A DNA stretch of 32,000 bases from Psychrobacter sp. DM4 (GTDB lineage Bacteria; Pseudomonadota; Gammaproteobacteria; Pseudomonadales; Moraxellaceae): positions 420,001-452,000 of the forward strand of contig NZ_CP195536.1 in the NCBI RefSeq assembly GCF_051307035.1. Reading direction: 5' to 3'. The first letter of the stretch is position 1. Each line of letters begins with the position of its first letter. This document shows, one piece after another, positions 6,902 through 14,795 of the stretch. Both the position numbers and the translations under genes were made by a program. The notes beneath the pieces are model-generated. The model did not search any database. It worked only from the letters and a program-made list of their open reading frames with translations, and was not told the DNA's origin.

Positions 6902-8362
6902 ATGAACAGCCCAGATCCGCTTGATACTATCCACGATCTTTTTTCTAGTACTCAGCAAAAAACAGATGCTTATTTTGCAGCTGAAAGTATGCCGTATCAT
7001 ACTGACTTGTATGAGCAGATTGATCGGCTTGAATTCATTGACGACGATGAAGTAGCTAGGCTGTTGGAGGAGAATGGCGCTAGTACATTGTCGAATCAGC
7101 CGCTGACATTGGGCGATTTTTTGGGAGGGCTTGCGCAGCTTGCGACGATGGGAGTAGTCGAGGTGACAGACATCGTCGAGTCCATGCACCGAGAGATTAT
7201 ATTACGTCCTATAGGACGTTTTAACGAGAATCATCTTAGCAATTGGCAGGGCGGTATCACGGGACGTATTTATGGCGTAGTACGTCATATTATGTTCATG
7301 GTTGGCAATAGTTTATCATCAGGTCTGCGATTGTACAAAGACGTCGCCAAACCAACCAATGGGCAAATCCTTCCCGATGGTCTAAAAAAACTGGTCAATG
7401 TGTTCAACGGGGTGATGGGTGATCATCTGGTCAATAATGATAATCCGCTTGCCATCCCTATGATGTTCTACGACAAAGACGGTAACCTACTAGAAGAGCC
7501 TTTATCAGGACGCCTTATTATTCTATGTCATGGTCTTTGTATGAGTTACTTGGGCTGGGATCCTAAAAAAGAGAGCAGTCTAGGACAGGCGATCAGCCGT
7601 AGTCAGCCAGACGCTACAGTCTTATACTTAGACTACAATACAGGACGACGTATCTCACGTAGTGGCCGCGATCTATCGAGGCGACTACAAGATTTGGTAG
7701 ATAGTAATCCTAATATCAATCAGATAGATCTCATCGGTCATAGCATGGGCGGTTTGGTTGCCCGTAGTGCGCTCTTTTATGGTGAACAAGAGCGCTTTGA
7801 TTGGGTTAAACGCGTTGGAAATCTAGTAACGCTAGGGTCGCCGCATCATGGCGCTATGCTTGAGCGTATCGGTTTTATGGTACAAGATATTATCAGTAAA
7901 GTCCCTTTCGCAAGCTCGCTTGCGCATCTAGCAGATATGCGTAGCGCAGGTATTATCGATTTACGCCATGGCAGTATTCGTGATGCCGATTGGAAGTCGT
8001 TAGAGGGCCGTAATGTACTGCCACCTGACTTTCGTCATCCTACCCGCCTGCCTAGTGGCATCAAGACTTACTTAGTCGCTAGTGCTCTTATTGAAAATCA
8101 TTATAATTCAAAACTTACAAATTTACTCGGTGATAGCTTGGTATCGATCACATCAGCACTCGGAGAGGGGGGTAACGCGCATACTTTATTTGTGCCAGAA
8201 GGCCATAAGGCTGTCTTTTACGGCGTCAATCATATGAATTTGATGCATAGTCGAAGAGTGCGCGAGCAAGTGGTCGCTTGGCTTGTCGATAACGGCAAAA
8301 GCGACTTTGCTAATAGGCCTCGTCTCCACTCTTACCCAAAGAGCTTAGACTTGGCATTTTAG
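6902..8362 (+). CDS. Alpha/beta-fold hydrolase (putative lipase/esterase) with long N-terminal non-catalytic region
   Basis: 486-aa ORF. Nucleophile elbow IGHSMGG, LGSPHHGA, candidate Asp in LLGDSLVS and His in VNHMNL. There is no clear Shine-Dalgarno, so the start is uncertain. A perfect TATAAT at 6877-6882 would give a very short leader. Confidence 0.65.
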   Translation: MNSPDPLDTIHDLFSSTQQKTDAYFAAESMPYHTDLYEQIDRLEFIDDDEVARLLEENGASTLSNQPLTLGDFLGGLAQLATMGVVEVTDIVESMHREIILRPIGRFNENHLSNWQGGITGRIYGVVRHIMFMVGNSLSSGLRLYKDVAKPTNGQILPDGLKKLVNVFNGVMGDHLVNNDNPLAIPMMFYDKDGNLLEEPLSGRLIILCHGLCMSYLGWDPKKESSLGQAISRSQPDATVLYLDYNTGRRISRSGRDLSRRLQDLVDSNPNINQIDLIGHSMGGLVARSALFYGEQERFDWVKRVGNLVTLGSPHHGAMLERIGFMVQDIISKVPFASSLAHLADMRSAGIIDLRHGSIRDADWKSLEGRNVLPPDFRHPTRLPSGIKTYLVASALIENHYNSKLTNLLGDSLVSITSALGEGGNAHTLFVPEGHKAVFYGVNHMNLMHSRRVREQVVAWLVDNGKSDFANRPRLHSYPKSLDLAF

Positions 8363-8416
8363 GGTTAGCGTTAAACTGGTTAGAGCTGAGCTGAGTATCA
8401 AATAGTTATTTGCAAT

Positions 8417-8449
8417 AAAAACCCTCAAGTATGCTACTTGAGGGTTTTT
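8417..8449. terminator. Bidirectional rho-independent terminator between convergent hydrolase gene and hslO
   Basis: Perfect 14-bp inverted repeat AAAAACCCTCAAGT / ACTTGAGGGTTTTT with loop ATGCT. The A- and T-tracts allow it to function on both strands. Confidence 0.8.
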
Positions 8450-8487
8450 ATTATGACGTCAAATGGAGCCAAGCCATTCAACAAAAA

Positions 8488-9450
8488 TTATTCAGCAAAT
8501 ATCGCTGTCACATTGTCTTTATCGAAAGTATACACTTCACCGCAAAAACCGCAGTCCATCTCAAAGGTGCCGTTTTGCTCCTCCAAGATATCCAAAGCTT
8601 CAGCTTCTCCAATCTGCTCAATCGCCGTAGCGCACTTCTCACGAGAGCACGTACAGCCGAACGCTAGCGCCACAGGATCAGGAGCGACGACGCTTTCTTC
8701 GTTATACAGACGATAAATGATTTCATTAGCATCAAGAGTCGTCAGTTCCTCATCCTTGACCGTACGGGTCAGTACAGACAGGCGAATCCACAAGTCATCA
8801 TCGATACCCGCGTCTTCGTTTTGTTCAATCTCATAAGCCTCTTCAGCAGTACGTGGTAGCATCTGTACTAAGATACCACCCGCTTGCAAGCCATCTGAGG
8901 CAAGATTAATCAGCGTCGGAATTTGTGCTGATTGCTTTTGATAATGTGCCAAGCACTCTGATAGTGTGTCATGAGTACGCTCAACGATACCCTGATAAGC
9001 TTCGCCGCCGTCAGGTTGGATGTTAATGAACAATACGCCTTGACCCGTTGACCCAAGCTCAGCAAATGCCTCGTCAGCTAGCGTCATTTTATCCCAAGCG
9101 TGTATCTGCTCATCAGTCTCAGCCTTCCAGCTAGCCAGCGCCCGTATAACACCGTCCTGATTACATTCTGCCATTGCCCAATTGAGCAGGCTATCGCTAT
9201 CTGATGATTGGAGCTGAATTGAGAGGTGACCATCAATTTTGACCGTACCAATAAGCAAACTTGCCGCCGTCAACATCTCGCCCAGCAAGCGTTTAATGGC
9301 TTCAGGATAAGCTTTTTGGGCAATGGTCGTCGCATAACTGCGTGATAGGCGTACGACGTCACCGCGAACGGGTGAGTCCTCGATAAAAAAGCGCTGACGC
9401 ACATCTACGCTGCCACGGTCATCGTTTGGAGTTTGAGTAGCTAAAGTCAT
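8488..9450 (-). CDS. hslO: Hsp33 redox-regulated chaperone
   Basis: 320 aa. The C-terminal zinc/redox switch is CTCSREKC ... CGFCGEVY (CxC...CxxC), and length and layout are typical of Hsp33. Confidence 0.85.
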   Translation of the reverse strand: MTLATQTPNDDRGSVDVRQRFFIEDSPVRGDVVRLSRSYATTIAQKAYPEAIKRLLGEMLTAASLLIGTVKIDGHLSIQLQSSDSDSLLNWAMAECNQDGVIRALASWKAETDEQIHAWDKMTLADEAFAELGSTGQGVLFINIQPDGGEAYQGIVERTHDTLSECLAHYQKQSAQIPTLINLASDGLQAGGILVQMLPRTAEEAYEIEQNEDAGIDDDLWIRLSVLTRTVKDEELTTLDANEIIYRLYNEESVVAPDPVALAFGCTCSREKCATAIEQIGEAEALDILEEQNGTFEMDCGFCGEVYTFDKDNVTAIFAE

Positions 9451-9481
9451 AAGTCATTTATTCCTTAAAAAGGTGTTAACT

Positions 9482-9508
9482 TTATGGGGATTATCATAGA
9501 TTTATCAA
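9482..9508 (-). promoter_or_regulatory. Candidate sigma32 (heat-shock) promoter of hslO
   Basis: The minus strand reads TTGATA-N13-CCCCATAA, against the consensus TTGAAA-N13-14-CCCCATnT. It sits about 30 nt upstream of the ATG, with AAGGAA Shine-Dalgarno in between. Confidence 0.45.
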
Positions 9509-9726
9509 TTGTAACAAAACGGGTTTGTGATTTAATAAAATTATACTATTTGGGTTCTAATCAGACCAGAGCGATAAGCGGTAACGGGGAGACTGTTGAG
9601 AAAAGTGTTGTAAAGTAACACAAGGTTGCACTATTATGAACGTAAGTAACCAAAAGGACGCATAGCGATAGTAGGATTAACGCATAAGCGTTCTCTAATT
9701 AGTATTGTTATAAAAGGATGTATCCC

Positions 9727-10701
9727 ATGGCTCACGCTCTATCAAAACCTCTAACGTTAGTAGCTCTTATAGCACTAGGCTTATCTGGTTGTAGTAATCA
9801 AACCGCAACTGACGAAACACCAGTAGATGGCGCAGCGACGGAAGCTGCCGCAAACCCTAACGGTACCCTACAAAAAATCAAAGACTCGGGCACTATTGTG
9901 GTCGGTTACCGCGACTCATCAATTCCGTTCTCTTATATCGCTGATGATCCCAATCAGCCAATGGGTTATGCACACGATTTGGAGATGAAAGTCGTTGAGG
10001 CTATCAAGCAAAACCTTAATATGCCAGATCTCAATGTTCGCTATAATCTTATTACGTCACAAACTCGTATCCCTCTTGTACAGAACGGTACCGTCGATTT
10101 TGAATGTGGTTCTACAACCAATAACGAAGAGCGTCAAGAACAAGTAGCCTTCTCAAATGGTTTCTTTGAGATTGGCACGCGTCTATTGACTAAGACCGAC
10201 TCTGGCATTAGTGATTTTGAAAACCTAGCAGATAAAACGTTGGTGACGACAGCAGGGACGACTTCAGAGCGTTATATTCGCCAGTATATCGATGAAAAGC
10301 AGATGGATACCAATGTTATCTCAGCCAAAGATCATGGCGAGGGCTTCCTCATGCTAGAAAACGGTCGTGCTGATGCCTTTATGATGGATGATGTGTTGCT
10401 TGCAGGCGAAAAAGCCAAAGCCAAAAATCCTGATGAATGGGCTATCGTTGGTACGCCGCAATCATTTGAGATCTATGGCTGTATGATGCGTAAAGACGAT
10501 CCTGAATTTAAAGCTGTGGTCAATAAAGCGCTTAACGATGTCTATAGCTCAGGTGAGATCAATGATATTTATAGCAAATGGTTCTTAAACCCCATTCCAC
10601 CAAAAAATGTCAATTTGAACTTTGAGATGTCAGACAATCTAAAAGCCCTCATTGCAAATCCGCATGACAGCGCGCAACCAAAAACGGCTATGGCGCAGTA
10701 A
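9727..10701 (+). CDS. gltI: Glutamate/aspartate ABC transporter substrate-binding lipoprotein
   Basis: Type-2 SBP that leads a gltIJKL-ordered operon. Signal peptide with lipobox LSGC (Cys codon 9790-9792). AAGGA at 9714-9718 overlaps ATG 9718, so ATG 9727 is preferred. Confidence 0.7.
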   Translation: MAHALSKPLTLVALIALGLSGCSNQTATDETPVDGAATEAAANPNGTLQKIKDSGTIVVGYRDSSIPFSYIADDPNQPMGYAHDLEMKVVEAIKQNLNMPDLNVRYNLITSQTRIPLVQNGTVDFECGSTTNNEERQEQVAFSNGFFEIGTRLLTKTDSGISDFENLADKTLVTTAGTTSERYIRQYIDEKQMDTNVISAKDHGEGFLMLENGRADAFMMDDVLLAGEKAKAKNPDEWAIVGTPQSFEIYGCMMRKDDPEFKAVVNKALNDVYSSGEINDIYSKWFLNPIPPKNVNLNFEMSDNLKALIANPHDSAQPKTAMAQ

Positions 10702-10784
10702 CACCGTCCTTCAATACAGCTGCTTGCCTACAGAATTAATCGTTCAGTAGGCAAGCTTATTTATCGCAGCTTGGAGAGACCGTT

Positions 10785-11531
10785 ATGAACTATAGCTGGA
10801 ACTGGGGTGTGCTCTTTGAGCATACTGGCATCGGTAATGAGCTATATATTCACTGGATGATTACTGGTCTTGGCTGGCTGCTATTGATCGGTAGCATCGC
10901 GTGGACCATTGCTATGGTCATCGGTACTATCTTTGGTATTATGCGCACGCTACCGAACAAAACCGCGCGTCGTATCGGCACCGCTTATGTAACCTTTTTT
11001 CGCAATATTCCGCTACTCGTACAATTATTCTTCTGGTTCTATGTCGCCCCTGGTTGGCTTACGCCCGCCTTGCAGGACTGGTGGTATAGAGACTTGTCTC
11101 CGAATACCTCAGCGATGCTCTCAGCGAGTATCGGTCTTGGTCTATTTACCGCAGCGCGTATCGTGGAGCAAGTACGCACAGGCATTGAATCCTTACCGCA
11201 AGGGCAGATCAACGCCGCTTATGCCCTCGGGTTCACTATTCCTCAAGCGTACAAGCAAGTCCTACTGCCGCAAGCCTTTCGTATTATTCTACCGCCCTTA
11301 AGCTCAGAGCTGACCAACTGCTTCAAAAATGCTTCGGTCGCCTCTTTAGTTGGGGTCATGGAGCTGATTAGTCAGACCAAGACTATTAGTGAATATACCC
11401 AAAATAGCCTTGAGATTTATACTTACGCGACGATTATCTATCTGGTCTTTAATCTATCACTGATTGCTATTATGGGCTTGATTGAGCGTAAGCTGCGCGT
11501 ACCTGGGCTTATCGCTGGGAGTCAAAAATGA
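10785..11531 (+). CDS. gltJ: Glutamate/aspartate ABC transporter permease
   Basis: 248-aa membrane protein with EAA loop (INAAYALGFTIPQAYKQVLLPQA). GGAGAG Shine-Dalgarno. Length and position match GltJ. Confidence 0.7.
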   Translation: MNYSWNWGVLFEHTGIGNELYIHWMITGLGWLLLIGSIAWTIAMVIGTIFGIMRTLPNKTARRIGTAYVTFFRNIPLLVQLFFWFYVAPGWLTPALQDWWYRDLSPNTSAMLSASIGLGLFTAARIVEQVRTGIESLPQGQINAAYALGFTIPQAYKQVLLPQAFRIILPPLSSELTNCFKNASVASLVGVMELISQTKTISEYTQNSLEIYTYATIIYLVFNLSLIAIMGLIERKLRVPGLIAGSQK

Positions 11532-12196
11532 ATATGACTGAACTTGCGACCGCATATCCTGGTCTATTAGGCGGTATGCTTACTACGCTCAAAGTATTAT
11601 TTTTAGCGATCTTGGGTGGTATTAGTTTAGGCACGGTACTCGCTTTGATGCGTTTATCTGGTATTAAAGTTTTAGAGATCCCTGCTAAATTGTACGTCAA
11701 CTATTTTCGGTCAGTGCCGCTACTATTAGTACTGCTTTGGTTTTACTTTGCCGTACCGATGATCTACTTTTGGGTTGTAGGCAAATACTTGCAACTTGAT
11801 GCCGCCTTTGCCTCCTGTGTGGTCGCCTTTATGATGTTCGAGGCGGCGTACTTCTCTGAAGTCGTACGCGCTGGTATTCAATCGATTGGAAGTGGACAGG
11901 TCAATGCTGCCAAAGCGCTTGGCATGACGTACGGGCAAACGATGCGTTTGGTTATTTTGCCACAGGCGTTTCGTAAGATGCTGCCACTGATACTTCAGCA
12001 ATGTATTATTCTGTTCCAAGATACGACGCTGGTGTTCGCTATCGGTTTGACGGACTTTTTTCGCGCCGCCTACGTACGCGGTGAGCTGATGGGCTTATTG
12101 ACACCTTATATATTAGGCGCAGGTGCGGTGTACTTTATCATTAGTTTGGGCGCGTCTATTGGCGTGCAACACGTACAAAAACGATTAAGATTTTAG
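11528..12196 (+). CDS. gltK: Glutamate/aspartate ABC transporter permease
   Basis: 222-aa membrane protein with EAA loop (VNAAKALGMTYGQTMRLVILPQA). ATGA start/stop overlap with gltJ suggests translational coupling. Confidence 0.7.
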   Translation: MNMTELATAYPGLLGGMLTTLKVLFLAILGGISLGTVLALMRLSGIKVLEIPAKLYVNYFRSVPLLLVLLWFYFAVPMIYFWVVGKYLQLDAAFASCVVAFMMFEAAYFSEVVRAGIQSIGSGQVNAAKALGMTYGQTMRLVILPQAFRKMLPLILQQCIILFQDTTLVFAIGLTDFFRAAYVRGELMGLLTPYILGAGAVYFIISLGASIGVQHVQKRLRF

Positions 12197-12273
12197 AGCT
12201 ATCACGCGGTATGTCGTACTAATTTTGACGTTTTATGCCGCAACTATTCAAAAAATATGGCTAGGAGCCTGCG

Positions 12274-13077
12274 ATGAGCAAAGCTGACACATACACAAAT
12301 GACTTCGGTGGACTGGTGACAAATAACGGCCATGCTACTGATGAGAGGGTCATTGAAATTGATAGCGTCAGCAAATGGTATGGCGACTTTCAAGTATTGA
12401 CTGATTGTACCGCGCACGTGCATAGAGGCGACGTTGTCGTCGTTTGCGGTCCCTCAGGTAGTGGTAAGTCGACTTTGATCAAAACGGTCAATGGTCTAGA
12501 ACCCTTTCAAAAAGGGCAAATCATGGTCAATGGCATCTCGGTTGGCGCATCTAAGACTAACCTGCCAAAGCTACGTAGCCGCGTCGGTATGGTATTTCAG
12601 CATTTTGAGCTGTTCCCGCATTTGACTATCATCGATAACTTGACAGTGGCACAAGTCAAAGTCTTGGGCCGAAAAGAGGACGAGGCCAAAAAGAAAGCCA
12701 TGGCTTATCTTGATCGCGTTGGTCTAACGGTACAAGCCGCTAAGTACCCAGCAGAACTCTCTGGTGGTCAGCAGCAGCGGGTAGCGATTGCCCGTGCTTT
12801 GGCAATGGATCCGATAGCTATGCTGTTCGATGAGCCAACCTCAGCACTAGATCCTGAGATGATTCAAGAAGTGCTCGATGTGATGGTAGAGCTGACCCGT
12901 GATGGCATGACCATGATGTGCGTCACCCACGAGATGGGTTTTGCCAGTCAAGTTGCCAATCGCATCATTTTTATGGATGAAGGCCATATCGTTGAGAACT
13001 GTAGTAAAGATGAGTTCTTTGAAGGCGCAAAAAGCGCGCGCGCGCAGCAATTCTTATCAAAGATTTTAAATCACTAA
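12274..13077 (+). CDS. gltL: Glutamate/aspartate ABC transporter ATP-binding protein
   Basis: Walker A GPSGSGKST, signature LSGGQQQR, Walker B MLFDEPTSALD, H-loop VTHEM. AGGAG Shine-Dalgarno. It has about a 25-aa N-terminal extension relative to typical polar amino-acid ATPases. Confidence 0.8.
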   Translation: MSKADTYTNDFGGLVTNNGHATDERVIEIDSVSKWYGDFQVLTDCTAHVHRGDVVVVCGPSGSGKSTLIKTVNGLEPFQKGQIMVNGISVGASKTNLPKLRSRVGMVFQHFELFPHLTIIDNLTVAQVKVLGRKEDEAKKKAMAYLDRVGLTVQAAKYPAELSGGQQQRVAIARALAMDPIAMLFDEPTSALDPEMIQEVLDVMVELTRDGMTMMCVTHEMGFASQVANRIIFMDEGHIVENCSKDEFFEGAKSARAQQFLSKILNH

Positions 13078-13097
13078 CCTTGATTATCAGTACTATT

Positions 13098-13124
13098 AAA
13101 ACGCCCTTTAGAGGGCGTTTTTTT
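13098..13124 (+). terminator. Rho-independent terminator after gltL
   Basis: Stem AAAACGCCCT / AGGGCGTTTT, loop TTAG, T-run to 13124. Confidence 0.8.
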
Positions 13125-13356
13125 GTGTTTGTAAGATTTTACATTTATCTTTTGTAGCAGTGCTTTGAGCTTACAAGTGTTCTTGGTTTGTTGTTACAAT
13201 AGATATCTTACTTTTATACTCTCGCATCTAAAATAGGGTCTGTTGAACATTCAAAAGAAGGTACTGCTGACAGCTAAAATCGGTCAAGTCATCCTAGTAC
13301 TCGAATGTAACAGACTCTACCAAAATGATAAAGAATACAGCAAAATCGGAGCTTAT

Positions 13357-14613
13357 ATGATGGATCAAAACTCACTAACTGCGCAAGTATCCTCTACCCA
13401 ACATGGCGTTGTTATCATTGGCGCAGGTTTGGCAGGCTGGCACGTAATCGATGCTATTCGTAGCAAAGATAAGGATGTTCCAATTACCTTAATCACCGCA
13501 GATAGCGGTGACCGTTATCATAAGCCCATGCTAACAATGGCAATCAGTCAAAACAAACTCGCCGCAGATTTGGTGAGAGCAACGGGCGCTGATGCGGCGC
13601 AAACCGCTAATGTAACTTTGCTTGCTGATACGCAAGTCAGTGATATCGATGCGGTCAATCAACAGCTGCATCTAGTCTCAGCGACCCGCTTAGACCCTGT
13701 TACTATGAGTTATGCCTCAGTGAGCTACGACAAACTGGTGCTAGCAATGGGCGCGCATCCTATTTTTCCAAAAAGTTTACCTGAGGATTTGGTCTGGCAT
13801 GTTAACCATATTGAGCGCTTTGGGCAGTTGCAAGAGAAGCTGGGATCGGGCAGTCAACGCGTTGCTATCGTTGGTGCTGGCATGGTAGGCACTGAAATCG
13901 CAGAGGATTTACTCAAAGCGGGTCACAAAGTTACTTTGCTCGATTTAAACGACGCGCCGCTTGCACAAATGCTACCTACAAAGGCTACCGCTCGTATTGC
14001 CAAGGCGATAGAGTCACAAGGCATACAATTCTTGGGCGGTTATCAAGTCACAAGCGTGAGCCGCAATGATGATGACACGCTGACGCTTAGTTGTGAGCCT
14101 TTAAAGAACGACAGCGAGTCTATAGAAAAACAACCTACAAGCTTAATCGTGGATCACGTGATTGCCAGCACCGGTCTTATCGTTGATGATAAGTTGCCCG
14201 CAGCAGCAGGTATAGAGTTTGATCGCCGTACGGGTATTGTCGTTGATGCCTCAACGCTGCAAGCTCAATCAAGCTTAGGCGAATCTAAGCAGGCTCAGTC
14301 ACACCCTATTTATGCTATTGGTGATTGTATGTCGATTGATGGCGTGGCCTGTCGTTATGTGGCACCATTACGAGCGCAAGCTGCGACTATCGCAGATGAT
14401 ATTTTGGGTCTAACGCATAATGGTTATGAGCATAAGCCGCCTATGATACGTCTTAAAAACAAAGCAATATCAGTCATGGTCGTAGGCACGCCGCATGCGA
14501 GCGGCAACTGGCAGATCACAACAGAAAGTGAGGACGAGTTGGTCATGACTTTACTAAATGATAGTCAGGAGGTCAGCGCAACAGTGACTATCAAAGCGCC
14601 TGTAGTAGTGTAA
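13357..14613 (+). CDS. FAD/NAD(P)H-dependent pyridine-nucleotide-disulfide-family oxidoreductase, rubredoxin-reductase (RubB/AlkT)-like
   Basis: Two Rossmann GxGxxG motifs (VIIGAGLAGW; VAIVGAGMVGTE) and YAIGDC. From memory it is collinear with Acinetobacter RubB. The start is moved from TTG 13243 to ATG 13357, which has GGAG 5 nt upstream. Confidence 0.6.
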   Translation: MMDQNSLTAQVSSTQHGVVIIGAGLAGWHVIDAIRSKDKDVPITLITADSGDRYHKPMLTMAISQNKLAADLVRATGADAAQTANVTLLADTQVSDIDAVNQQLHLVSATRLDPVTMSYASVSYDKLVLAMGAHPIFPKSLPEDLVWHVNHIERFGQLQEKLGSGSQRVAIVGAGMVGTEIAEDLLKAGHKVTLLDLNDAPLAQMLPTKATARIAKAIESQGIQFLGGYQVTSVSRNDDDTLTLSCEPLKNDSESIEKQPTSLIVDHVIASTGLIVDDKLPAAAGIEFDRRTGIVVDASTLQAQSSLGESKQAQSHPIYAIGDCMSIDGVACRYVAPLRAQAATIADDILGLTHNGYEHKPPMIRLKNKAISVMVVGTPHASGNWQITTESEDELVMTLLNDSQEVSATVTIKAPVVV

Positions 14614-14698
14614 ATAGTATAGTAGTCAAACAGTAACCTACGCTTAAACGTTAACTAGAATCAAAATCGTTTAAATGATACATAACGTATCAGTATTA

Positions 14699-14761
14699 TT
14701 GACAAGTCTTGAATGAAGGCGCTATAGTATTGACTTGTACGTAGGCTTTACGTTTTATTGT
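14699..14761 (+). promoter_or_regulatory. Candidate promoter/operator region of the liu operon
   Basis: P1 is TTGACA (14699-14704)-N18-TATAGT (14723-14728). P2 is TTGACT (14730-14735)-N20-TATTGT (14756-14761), with inverted repeat ACGTA-N5-TACGT (14739-14753) inside its over-long spacer. That is MerR-type operator geometry. Confidence 0.4.
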
Positions 14762-14795
14762 AGCTCTACAGATAAGCAAAACGAAAGGACTCGTT

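Noticed and set aside
6824-7189. 121-aa minus-strand ORF overlapping the hydrolase start and promoter region.
   Set aside because: No recognisable motifs, and it overlaps the better-supported plus-strand gene and its TATAAT. It is probably a chance ORF in AT-rich DNA, although it does add uncertainty to the hydrolase start.
4134-8449. Sequence resemblance among three terminator stems (…CTAAGC/GCTTGGGAT, …CTCAAGT/ACTTGGGAT, …CCCTCAAGT/ACTTGAGGG), suggesting a repeat family.
   Set aside because: The shared core is only about 6-7 nt, the loops differ, and the flanks are generic A/T tracts. This is most simply convergent terminator architecture, and it cannot be tested without genome-wide counts.
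8431-8716. Two plus-strand ORFs (78 and 92 aa) starting inside the bidirectional terminator and running antisense to the hslO 3' end.
   Set aside because: They begin within the terminator hairpin and overlap the conserved Hsp33 zinc-switch coding region on the other strand. There is no Shine-Dalgarno.
13243-13356. TTG-initiated N-terminal extensions of the oxidoreductase (13243) and of MCC-alpha (19194-19301).
   Set aside because: The extensions lack homology-like features. Internal ATGs (13357, 19302) have good Shine-Dalgarno sequences and start exactly at the conserved N-termini (Rossmann fold; MFSKILIANRGE).
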